Source: Chloroflexota bacterium
GTDB taxonomy: Bacteria > Chloroflexota > UBA11872 > UBA12225
DNA length: 59,790 bases
Direction: 5' to 3'
Assembly: GCA_947446285.1 (NCBI GenBank)
Contig: CANFGH010000006.1
Span: forward strand, 1-59,790
The notes under the pieces: model-generated
What the model was told of the DNA's origin: nothing
The model's input: only the letters and a program-made list of their open reading frames with translations
The model's database searches: none
Program-made: the position numbers and the translations under genes
In this document: positions 29,838-38,812 of the stretch, one piece after another
How positions within the stretch are numbered: the first letter of the stretch is position 1
How the letters are laid out: every line of letters starts with the position of its first letter

Positions 29838-31456
29838 CGGTGGTTCCTCTCCCCGATTGACCCCTCGCCATCATGGCCCGCACCTGCAAAGGCATCACTA
29901 TCGGTAATGGTGTCGGCCTCGACGGTCTCGGCGAGGTCAAGGGCGCGCAACAGGGCAGCAGCCTTGTTGAGGGTCTCCTGGAACTCAGCCTCCGGTGAAG
30001 AGTCGTAGACGACACCTCCGCCGGCTTGCACGTGGGCAGCACCGTCCTTGATGACGAGAGTCCGGATCGTGATGGCGGTGTCCAGGTTGCCATCGAACGA
30101 GAAATAGCCGACTGCGCCCGCGTACGTGCCACGTCGGCAGGGTTCCATTTCGGCGATGATCTCCATCGCGCGGATTTTCGGGGCGCCAGAGACGGTTCCG
30201 GCGGGGAAGCACGAACGCAGCGCATCGAAGGCATCCGCGCCGTCCTTCAGGCGACCCTCGACCTGACTGACAATATGCATGACGTGCGAATACCGTTCGA
30301 CGATCATGAGATCGGTCACCTGCACGGATCCGGGCTTTGCGACGCGTCCGACATCGTTCCGTCCTAGATCGACGAGCATGATGTGTTCGGCGCGTTCTTT
30401 CTCGTCAGCGAGGAGGTCGGCGGCGTTCGCGTCGTCGGCCTCGGGGTCTGCGCCACGCGGACGGGTCCCAGCAATTGGCCGGGTGCGGATCACACCGTCC
30501 TCGACCTGGACAAGCATCTCGGGAGATGCCCCGGCAATTTGCATGTCGTCGAGATTCAGGTAGTACATGTACGGCGAAGGATTGACGGCCCGAAGCGCAC
30601 GGTAGATCGTAAATGGCCGGGCAGCCACTTCCCGACTGAGCCGTTGGCTGGGAACGACCTGGATGATGTCACCCCTTGCCACGTACTCGCGTGCCTTGCG
30701 CACTGCATCCTGGTAGGCGTTCCGGGTGAAGGTGCTAGCGACGTTTGCCGGGACGTCGTCGACACGCCCGCGAGGGACGGTCAGCGGGGCGCGTCCGGGG
30801 GTCAGTGTTCCCGGAGACCCGAGGCGCTTGCTGATGGCCTCGATCCGGTGCAGGGCGTCGCGGTAGGCCTCGTCGACGTCGCCGCCGTGTGCGGACAGGT
30901 CGGCGTGGGCGAGGACACGCATGCGGTGCTTGACGTGATCGAAGACGACCAGCGTGTCCGTAAGCATCATGACCGCATCCGGGAGTTGGAGGTCGTCACG
31001 CGCGGGGACAGGCAGGTTCTCGAAGTAGCGGGCGCATTCGTACGCGAGGTAGCCAACAACACCACCGACAAACCGTGGCATGTCTGGCAGGGCGACGGGT
31101 TTGTATGGCGCGATCAGGTCCCTGATGAAGGCAAGGGGGTCACTGAATGGTTCGGTTCTTGTCGGACACCCGGCGGCGTGGATGGTTGCGATCCCGTCAC
31201 GGAGGCGAGCGACGATGCGTGGTTCAGTGCCGATGAATGAGTAGCGCGCCAGGCGTTCGCCACCCTCCACGCTTTCAAGCAGAAAACTGTACGGACCGGT
31301 GGTTACCTTGTCGTACACCGAGACGGGGGTCTCCATGTCCGCGAGGAAATCGCGATACACAGGGATCAGGTTTCCGTGACGCGCGAGTTCCCGGGCGTCC
31401 TCGAGTGTTGGCGTGATGCCGGAGGCACTTGTTCGAGGCTGCAGCAGAACGGTCAT
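29834..31456 (-). CDS. trpE: Anthranilate synthase component I
   Basis: LLES, NPSPYM, PIAGTRPRG, EHIMLVDLGRND, FPAGTVSGAPK, QAGGG. Confidence 0.97.
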   Translation of the reverse strand: MTVLLQPRTSASGITPTLEDARELARHGNLIPVYRDFLADMETPVSVYDKVTTGPYSFLLESVEGGERLARYSFIGTEPRIVARLRDGIATIHAAGCPTRTEPFSDPLAFIRDLIAPYKPVALPDMPRFVGGVVGYLAYECARYFENLPVPARDDLQLPDAVMMLTDTLVVFDHVKHRMRVLAHADLSAHGGDVDEAYRDALHRIEAISKRLGSPGTLTPGRAPLTVPRGRVDDVPANVASTFTRNAYQDAVRKAREYVARGDIIQVVPSQRLSREVAARPFTIYRALRAVNPSPYMYYLNLDDMQIAGASPEMLVQVEDGVIRTRPIAGTRPRGADPEADDANAADLLADEKERAEHIMLVDLGRNDVGRVAKPGSVQVTDLMIVERYSHVMHIVSQVEGRLKDGADAFDALRSCFPAGTVSGAPKIRAMEIIAEMEPCRRGTYAGAVGYFSFDGNLDTAITIRTLVIKDGAAHVQAGGGVVYDSSPEAEFQETLNKAAALLRALDLAETVEADTITDSDAFAGAGHDGEGSIGERNHR

Positions 31457-31538
31457 GGCCGCACCCCGGTGCGGAGTTCCTGAAGCAGGACTGTCTGGGT
31501 GGCTTCCATCACGTGCACTCTCCGGTCGTCAGTGGGCA

Positions 31539-31885
31539 ACAAAAAACCTCGCGTCCCCTGGGGACGAGAGGTTGCTTCCAACGACCCGCGGTGCCACCCC
31601 GCTTAGTGTCACTCATGTACCCCGCACCCGGAAGCGCGCGATGGACCGGTGTCACTCGCTCTTGCCAAACACAGGTGAACGGTTTCGAGAAACCCGCACA
31701 GATGCCTGCCACCTGGATAACGGGTGTGGTTCCCGGATTGGCTACTCACCGCGTGACTACCACGCAGGTTCACCGTTCAGCTCACCGGTCCATTCCGTCG
31801 CGCGAACCCCGACAGGCTTTCACCGTTGCCTGTCTCTCTGGGGAGGTGCGTCCTGCGACGTACTTGTCCTGATCGTTGCTGGTCA
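31539..31885 (-). promoter_or_regulatory. Trp-specific T-box riboswitch with terminator
   Basis: The minus strand shows the stem I GA/AGTA, CAGAGAG and GGTGAAA motifs, specifier loop GAAUGGACC (UGG at 31790-31792), AGTAG, CCGTTA, T-box AAGCGGGGTGGCACCGCG (31587-31604), antiterminator partner CGTCCC, and a terminator hairpin with U run (31539-31573). Confidence 0.95.
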
Positions 31886-32031
31886 CTATGGCGTCCCGGC
31901 GCATGGCGACGAGACGAAACTGAAACGAGTATGGGGTCGGGCAATCCGAACTGTCAAGCGATGCGCACGCCGCTGGGTCGAGGTGCACCGCGCACACTCG
32001 CCCTCTCCGGTGCGTGTTCGTTGAGACCGTC

Positions 32032-33444
32032 ATGGTGACCGACGGTCCTCCCGAACGGGACACATCACAGCGCGTGCGCCCGCCTGCGAAGGGAAGTCGG
32101 ACACTCGCCGTCCTCCGGGGAGAGGCACCGGACGGCGCGCCCCACCGGACGCCTGCGTTTCCGGCATCGGATCGAATGGCGCTGCAACCCACGGGAGATG
32201 AGTGGGAGAAGCGCCCCCACCCCCGGCGGGAGGCGGGCCCGAACCTTGCGGTGCGTAGCCTGCGCGTAGTCATCGGTTCACTGGCCTTGATCGTCTTCCT
32301 GTTCGGGGTCTGGGTCACTTCTCCTGCTTTCGGGATCCCGACACGTAGCTCCATGCCGGATGAACCAGTCTTTGAAGCGTGCGAAGGGGTGATCGAAACA
32401 TCGGTACAGAATCCACCCGGACTACCTGGAGGATCGCGCCACACGATCCGCGTTATCACCGGTTCGCAATCCGGGCGCGTGGCGATGGTCACCCTCGGCG
32501 CGCCAAGCATCGTTGTTCGGGCGGGCACCGTCCCCGTGTACGCGCCTGGCGACCGGGTTGTCCTCCAGTACCGCTCGACCCTGCCGGATCGCGCTGGTGC
32601 GCTGAACGGTTCACCGGGTATTGCAAACGGGGATGCCGTCGATGCGCAGAGTGAAAGTTTCCAGATCACTGACCGCGTCCGCCGTCCGTGGCTCTACGCC
32701 GGGATTGGGCTGATTGCGGTGGCATCCGCGGCCGTGGCCGGATGGCGAGGCCTGCGCGCGATGGTCGGGCTTGGCGCCGCGGCGTGGATTATCTGGTGGT
32801 TTGTCGTTGCCCGTCTGCTTGCAGGCCAGTCGCCGGTTCCCGTGGCGATCGTGGGTTGTGCCCTCATCGCCGTGACTGCACTTGTCCTGACCCATGGGTT
32901 CACGCGCGAGGCTGGGGTGCCGCTGGCCGGCATGGCGGTAAGCCTTGCGGTCGCAGGCGTCGTGTCAGTGGTTGCGGTCCGGTCTGCCAGCCTATCTGGG
33001 CTTGGTTCAAATGAGGAGATCCATCTCGTCCACGCAGCGCTTCGGGGGGAGATCGACACCCAGGGACTGCTCCTGGCCGGGATGTTGCTCGGGGCGGTCG
33101 GAGGGCTCATCGATGTCACTGTCGCGCAGACCGCGGCCGTGTTCGAATTCGCGGCCACGTCACCGCTCATGTCGCGCGCGGAATTGTTCTGGCGCGGGAT
33201 GAGTGTTGGACGGGCGCATGTGGTCGCGGCGGTTCACACCCTCGTACTGGCTTATGCCGGGGCGTCATTGCCAATCCTGCTGCTGTTCGCCCTCTATGCC
33301 GCCGACCTGGGCGACATCTGGAACCGCGAACTAATCGCCGCCGAGCTGCTTCGGGCCGTTACCGGAATCGTCAGCTTGAGTATCGCAATGCCGCTCACGA
33401 CCTGGATCGCTGCCCGAGCGGTGCCCCGGTTGGGCAGTGCGTGA
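32032..33444 (+). CDS. YibE/F family membrane protein
   Basis: DRVRR…GWRGLRA, LLLAGMLLGAVGGLIDVTVAQ, GMSVGR, TLVLAYAGASLP, PLTT; start uncertain. Confidence 0.85.
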   Translation: MVTDGPPERDTSQRVRPPAKGSRTLAVLRGEAPDGAPHRTPAFPASDRMALQPTGDEWEKRPHPRREAGPNLAVRSLRVVIGSLALIVFLFGVWVTSPAFGIPTRSSMPDEPVFEACEGVIETSVQNPPGLPGGSRHTIRVITGSQSGRVAMVTLGAPSIVVRAGTVPVYAPGDRVVLQYRSTLPDRAGALNGSPGIANGDAVDAQSESFQITDRVRRPWLYAGIGLIAVASAAVAGWRGLRAMVGLGAAAWIIWWFVVARLLAGQSPVPVAIVGCALIAVTALVLTHGFTREAGVPLAGMAVSLAVAGVVSVVAVRSASLSGLGSNEEIHLVHAALRGEIDTQGLLLAGMLLGAVGGLIDVTVAQTAAVFEFAATSPLMSRAELFWRGMSVGRAHVVAAVHTLVLAYAGASLPILLLFALYAADLGDIWNRELIAAELLRAVTGIVSLSIAMPLTTWIAARAVPRLGSA

Positions 33445-33474
33445 TCGGTCGCCTCGGACCGACACCCAGCTCGC

Positions 33475-33783
33475 TCAGGATTTCGCGGCGACATCGCCCT
33501 CAGCGTTAGGTACCGAAGGAGTCTGAGCCGGGGCTTTTGGTGTGCGATCAAGTGGCGGCGCGACCGGTGCCGGTTCGTCCTCGTCGTTGACAAGGCGGTA
33601 CAGGGCATACCCGGCGATGCCGAGCGTGGCAAACGTCAGAAGTCGTCCGATTCCGAAAAAGGAAAGGATGCTCCAAACGATTCGGAAGGGCAGGGCTACG
33701 ATCCAAAGGGCCAAGCCGACCATCCAGACGATAAGCCTGAACGGCAAAGAGACAATCCACAGGAGACCATTCAACACGAACAT
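33475..33783 (-). CDS. Small membrane protein with an internal tandem repeat, probably leaderless
   Basis: LWIVSLPFRLIVW / LWIVALPFRIVW repeat and hydrophobic helices; TACACT lies 7 nt before the ATG. Confidence 0.7.
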   Translation of the reverse strand: MFVLNGLLWIVSLPFRLIVWMVGLALWIVALPFRIVWSILSFFGIGRLLTFATLGIAGYALYRLVNDEDEPAPVAPPLDRTPKAPAQTPSVPNAEGDVAAKS

Positions 33784-33913
33784 CGCAGAGAGTGTAGCGC
33801 GTCCGTCAGTCGGTGAGACCTGTGTGCGGAACTGCTGGGTATCGTCCCAGTGGCGATTATCCGTTTTCCCCAGTGCCAGGCTTCGCCTTGGATCTTCCGC
33901 AATCAATAGGTGG

Positions 33914-34636
33914 TCAGGACGTGAGTGGGATCTTGTTTGCGAATACGTAGCCGCTGCCATGACGGGACACGATGAGTATTGGGGCAGCCGGATCATTCTC
34001 GACTTTCTGTCTCAATCGCCGGACATAGATTTTTACATATGGCCCAAGTCTCGCACCGTCAGTGGCCCACTGGTGGGTGATAAGGTCGTTGTGTGGCGCG
34101 ATCCGCCCGCGGTTCGCGGCCAGATATGAAAGTAATCGGAACTCTATAACACTCAGACGAATAGCTGTTCTACAGCGAGTGAACATGCGTGCGTCAAGAT
34201 CAATTGGCAGGCCATTGGTGTCAATATGCACTCGTTGCCATTTCTCATTGTACCGCTGGACCCGTCGCAATTGCGCGCTGACCCGTGCGATGAGTTCGCT
34301 AAGGTTGAATGGCTTGGTGCCATAGTCATCAGCGCCCGCATCGAGACCTTGGACGATTTCGGTCTCGTTACGAAGGGCGAAAAGCATGATGATCGGCACA
34401 TCGGAGATGTCGCGGATGCGCGCGCAGACCTCGTAGCCGTCCATTTCCGGCATAAGGACGTCGAGAATGACCGCGTCGGTGTTGCTTTCGAGGAACATCG
34501 TAATCGCCGAAGCACTGGATGTCGCGACAAGGGTCGCGAACCCGCCGGTTTAGAGGGCATCGGCAACCATCCGCGCGTGTGAGGCGGTGTCGTCCACAAG
34601 CAGCCCAACGGGCCGGGGCTTATCGACTGATCCCAT
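33914..34636 (-). pseudogene. OmpR-family response regulator pseudogene (in-frame TAA at 34550-34552)
   Basis: MGSVDKPRPVGLLVDD…ADAL*TGGF…ILDVLMPEMDG…KPF followed by a winged helix (YVRRLRQKVE…GSGY); no sensor kinase adjacent. Confidence 0.8.
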
Positions 34637-34692
34637 TACGCGCGCGCCAGGACGCCGACCCATCTCGGTTTCTCCCGAAGATCGGTCAGCGG

Positions 34693-35235
34693 TCATGCAG
34701 TAGATGCGATGGGTGCAGTCTCTACCTCGACGGGTGCTTCAGGTCGCACATAGTCGCGTCGGCCCCGGATCAGGCCTCGCAGGCTCAGCAAGTGTGATAG
34801 CCACCACACGATTACCTCGACCTTGATAGCGCCTTCCGTAAGCACGCCTGGAACGCCTCCCCAACCTTCCTGAAGTCCCATTGCGTGGCTGGCGGGAATG
34901 ATGACCCACTGCCAGATCACGAGTGATGCTGGCGCGAAAATCAGGACCGCCCAACTGCTCCACGAAGAGAGCGTGAACGCATCATCCCAAGATGCCTGGC
35001 CGAGAAGGATTGCAAGGCGCGTGGTGTACGCAAGCCAGCAACCGATTCCCGCGACCACGGCAAAAAACAGGAGGCCGAGGGGTGGCACGAGGGCGCGGAA
35101 CGTGTCCTGGCCCGAGTAGAGGAAGATGGCCCAGTAAAGGACCGTAGTCATCAGGAACAGGGCCGCCCACAGGCCGTGGTACATCAAGGTGTAGGTAAGG
35201 GGCTTCGGCACCTGATCGTTCGAGAGAGATGGCAT
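34693..35235 (-). CDS. Hypothetical multi-pass membrane protein
   Basis: About four hydrophobic segments; co-oriented directly downstream of the glycosyltransferase. Confidence 0.7.
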   Translation of the reverse strand: MPSLSNDQVPKPLTYTLMYHGLWAALFLMTTVLYWAIFLYSGQDTFRALVPPLGLLFFAVVAGIGCWLAYTTRLAILLGQASWDDAFTLSSWSSWAVLIFAPASLVIWQWVIIPASHAMGLQEGWGGVPGVLTEGAIKVEVIVWWLSHLLSLRGLIRGRRDYVRPEAPVEVETAPIASTA

Positions 35236-35250
35236 GTCAGTTGAGTAAGT

Positions 35251-36465
35251 CTACCCCGAGGCTAGCCGGTCAGTGCGTGACCGGACGCCCCTTGTCAAGA
35301 CCGACTCGTAGGTGCGTTCCAGGACTCCGGCAGCATCGTCCCATGAGAACTGGGTGCGGACGTGTGCCTGCAATGCCGGACCGAGGACTGCACGACGGCT
35401 GGCGTCGTCCAGAAGGTTGATGATTGAACCTGCCAGCGCGCTGATGTCGCCCATCGGGACATACACCCCCAGGTCGCCGAGAAGCTCGCGCGAAACCGGG
35501 CTGTCGTAGACGACGGTTGGCAGGCCCACCTGCATGTAGTTGAGCAGCTTCCCGTTTGCCTCGGTTGTTGAGCGCTTGGCAGACACGCCGATATCGGCCA
35601 GGCTCAGGTGCAGGGGGGCATCTTCGTACGGCACGCGCCCGGTAAAGGTGACATTGTCCAGGATCTGAAGGTCATGGGCCTGACGCCGGTACTGTTCCAA
35701 ACCCGGATATCCCATGATGAGGAAATGCGTGTCAGGCCGACGTTCGATGACCTGTCGCGCCGCGTAGAGAAGGTGGTCGACGCCTTGGTAGTCAACCAGG
35801 AGACCCAAATAGGCGACGATCTGTCGGCCCGGAGGCAATCCGAGGCGTTGGCGAAGGTCAGCGGCCGTGGCGGAGTTGATGACTGGCGCGGTGGTGGCAA
35901 TGCCGTCCGGTACAACCGCGACGTTCTGCAGGGGTGTCCGGTGCCCGCTCGCAAGGTGAGTCGCGCCGTGCGTGGAACTGGTCACGATTGCATCGGCGTT
36001 CCGCTCGATTGTTCGCTCAAGCCATTCCAGTGGGCGAAGCAACGCACTTTTTGGTGTCAGGAACCGATGGTCAAGCATTTCCCGGGTCATGCTGCCCTGG
36101 TAGTCGAAGACAAGGGGGACGCCGCGAAGGCGCGCGACGGCGAGACCGATTGCCGCACCCTCATGGAGGTGGGCGTGAACGAGGTCTACGCGCCCTACCG
36201 ATGAAACAAGCGCCCGGGCGCCGAGAAGAAGGTCAAAGTACAGTTTGTGCAGGTGTGATCCCACGCGGACCGTCGAAGCCCAAGGCACACGGGGCATCCG
36301 GACGACTTCGATACCCTGCGGGGTACGTCCGGAGTGATAGGTGCACAGGGTGATCCGGTGGCCTCGATCTTGAAGGGCGCGAATTTCCTCAAGGATCCGG
36401 ACATGGCATCCGTAGTCCGCAAAGAAACTTGTCGGCGCGATCGCGAGGATCCGAAGGCCCATCAA
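35251..36465 (-). CDS. Glycosyltransferase family 4 (GT-B)
   Basis: LVHAH, YLGLLVDYQG, FTGRVPY, E-x7-like region EANGKLLNYMQVGLPTV, FSWD. Confidence 0.88.
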   Translation of the reverse strand: MMGLRILAIAPTSFFADYGCHVRILEEIRALQDRGHRITLCTYHSGRTPQGIEVVRMPRVPWASTVRVGSHLHKLYFDLLLGARALVSSVGRVDLVHAHLHEGAAIGLAVARLRGVPLVFDYQGSMTREMLDHRFLTPKSALLRPLEWLERTIERNADAIVTSSTHGATHLASGHRTPLQNVAVVPDGIATTAPVINSATAADLRQRLGLPPGRQIVAYLGLLVDYQGVDHLLYAARQVIERRPDTHFLIMGYPGLEQYRRQAHDLQILDNVTFTGRVPYEDAPLHLSLADIGVSAKRSTTEANGKLLNYMQVGLPTVVYDSPVSRELLGDLGVYVPMGDISALAGSIINLLDDASRRAVLGPALQAHVRTQFSWDDAAGVLERTYESVLTRGVRSRTDRLASG

Positions 36466-36688
36466 CTCAGTCCAGAGTTCTTGTCAGGTGTACGCGAAGT
36501 GTCTCGCCATCCGAGGCGGTGGGGTGCAACCGGCTAGCAATTGGCGCACGACAACGCAATACGCCACAAGCATCGTCGCCACGTTCACAACGGACGAACC
36601 GGTGGCGAGGCGAGAGTCGTGCGCTCCGACTGAGCATTGCACGTGGTGAGAGACTGGCGACGTGACGATAGTTCCCCAAGGAGAGACG

Positions 36689-37186
36689 ATGCCATCGATG
36701 ACAAGTGCCAATGGCGAACTGGACATCGTCAGCCACAGTGCGGCTCAGACCCACCGGATCGGCCTGCGGATGGGTTCGATGTTTACCGGGGGCGAGATCG
36801 TCCTGCTTGACGGGGCTTTGGGGGCCGGGAAGACGGTCCTCGCGCGTGGCATTGCTGAGGGCCTTGGTGTGACTGACCCGGTGACGAGTCCGACGTTCAC
36901 GATCATTCACGAGTACGAGGGCAGATTGCCGCTGGCGCACATCGACCTGTATCGCCTCTCTGGTGACGGGGATATTTCACCAACCGGCATCGACGACTAT
37001 CTTCGGGGCGATGGTGTCACGGTCGTTGAGTGGCCCGGGCGGGCATCGGACTACTTTCCCGAGGATCACTTGCTCATTGCCATGCGGCCTCTTACTGAAA
37101 GCAAGCGGGGCCTTCGGTTTGTCCCTCGCGGGCAGAAGTGGCGCGACTACGTTGGGAGGCTTGCCCGGGAGGCGTTTGGCGGATGA
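36689..37186 (+). CDS. tsaE: tRNA t6A biosynthesis ATPase TsaE
   Basis: GALGAGKT, VTSPTF, HIDLYRL, VVEW; AAGGAG RBS. Confidence 0.95.
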   Translation: MPSMTSANGELDIVSHSAAQTHRIGLRMGSMFTGGEIVLLDGALGAGKTVLARGIAEGLGVTDPVTSPTFTIIHEYEGRLPLAHIDLYRLSGDGDISPTGIDDYLRGDGVTVVEWPGRASDYFPEDHLLIAMRPLTESKRGLRFVPRGQKWRDYVGRLAREAFGG

Positions 37187-37316
37187 CCGTCGGTTGCGCC
37201 GAGGGGAATGGTCGGTGGGCACCCGTACGGATCGTTGAGGTGGACCTCGATGGTTTGGCGCTTGCGTGGTCTGTGGGGCCATGTTGCCAGGGGATGGACG
37301 TACCATCTCCCCGAAA

Positions 37317-38177
37317 ATGTCCACCTCAAATGACGGTCCGTCGAATCCTGAACAGCTAGCCATGGACAGTGATTTTGGTGCGGATTCTTTGGGCGACGGG
37401 TCGATCCGTGAACGTGCTTCAGCGTGGTGGGATGACGAACCGGGGACCGAACTGTTACTCGCAATAGATTCCTCCTCGCGGACCGGAAGCGTCGCGGTAC
37501 TCAGGGGACAATATGTCCTGGCTGAGGCATCGTGGACCGCGACAGGTCCAGGGGGTGCGCTTCACCTTGGCTACGCGGAACTCCTCTTACAGAACCACGG
37601 CTATCGGCTGGCAGATTTGAAGGCAGTTGTCGTGGCCGTTGGTCCGGGTTCATTCACTGGGATCCGGGCGGGATTGAGCCTTGGGCAGGGTCTAGCAAGC
37701 GCCCTTGACGTGCCTATCGTCGGGGTTTCCACTCTCGAGGCGCTTGCCTTGCAATTGGGGTGCACTGCCAGGACTGGGGACCTCATTTGCGCAGTGGTAG
37801 GTGCCGGGCGAGGCCTGGTACATCTCGGAATATCCGAGGTTGTTGGATCCGGATCACTCGTCCACGGTCCTCCAATGACGGTGACCGCCGATGAGTTGTG
37901 CGTCGCAGTCGCAGCCACGTCGAACCGTTGTTTGATCGTCGGGGGCGAGATTGACCGGGACCTTGCCCGCCAACTCGTGAGTTCCCGTCCCGGAGTGACC
38001 GTCGCAAACCCGGTGACCGGGCAACGGCGGGCAGCGTACGTGGCCATGGCTGGATTGGTCTCGTTGCGGTCTCGCGTTGGAACCGAAAATCCCCGCCCAG
38101 AGACGGTGCAGCCAGTCTACCTGAACCGTGAGAATCAAGTCCGGGGGTCGTCTTCCGGGTGGTCTGGCGAACGGTGA
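37317..38177 (+). CDS. tsaB: tRNA t6A biosynthesis protein TsaB (N-terminal extension, start uncertain)
   Basis: LLAIDSS, GPGSFTGIRAG, GVSTLEALA, QPVYL. Confidence 0.9.
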   Translation: MSTSNDGPSNPEQLAMDSDFGADSLGDGSIRERASAWWDDEPGTELLLAIDSSSRTGSVAVLRGQYVLAEASWTATGPGGALHLGYAELLLQNHGYRLADLKAVVVAVGPGSFTGIRAGLSLGQGLASALDVPIVGVSTLEALALQLGCTARTGDLICAVVGAGRGLVHLGISEVVGSGSLVHGPPMTVTADELCVAVAATSNRCLIVGGEIDRDLARQLVSSRPGVTVANPVTGQRRAAYVAMAGLVSLRSRVGTENPRPETVQPVYLNRENQVRGSSSGWSGER

Positions 38178-38284
38178 TGGGGCCACTCATCCAGACATGC
38201 TTGCGGGCTGTCTATCCCTTTCCCGCTGGATGACCCGAGCAAAAGAAGACTTGAATGGTCCGTAAGTGTGTGGAGGGTAGAGGG

Positions 38285-38629
38285 ATGGAGACCGTGCTCT
38301 GAGGCGTTCAGGGCTTGCTTACCTGTGTCTTTCTCATCGCAGGCATCGCCTCGGCCTCAGGGATCCTTAAGCGACGCGCTCACGCACAGGGGATCGTCAT
38401 GCCGATCAAAGGCGTTGCGTTCCGGTTGATCGGGATTGCCCAGGTTGCCGGGTCGATTGGGTTCGTCGCGCCGGTCGCAACCGGAATAGTTCTGGTTCTT
38501 GCCCCATAGTTCGTGTTCATGGCTGGGGCAACAATCCTGAACCTGCGAGAGGGCAGGCGGATCACTGCCTTCGTGCACCTCGGACTGATGGCCATGTGCG
38601 CCGTGGCGTTCAACGCGTACTGGTACTGA
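38285..38629 (+). pseudogene. DoxX-family membrane protein pseudogene (TGA 38300-38302, TAG 38507-38509)
   Basis: METVL*GVQGLLTCVFLIAG…FRLIGIAQVAGSIGFVAPVATGI…AP*FVFMAGATILNLREG… matches the DoxX pattern as I recall it; GGAGGG RBS. Confidence 0.7.
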
Positions 38630-38812
38630 TGCCCGGAAACACGATGCCCAGTCCAGCATTGTTCCTTGCGTATCGGCATCCGGGCTAACGTTTCTTCGAG
38701 CATAAATGGACGCCGGTGGTTCCGGTATCAGGGTTTTTGGTGTTGGGGGTTGCAATTTCGAATCATCCGCCGGGCACCAACTTTTTCGTACGTGACAGAT
38801 TGTGGTGTAGGA

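Noticed and set aside
8744-38509. Possible stop-codon reassignment suggested by in-frame stops in three genes
   Set aside because: The stops are mixed (TAA, TGA, TAG), one gene also has a frameshift, and all three codons terminate intact genes normally
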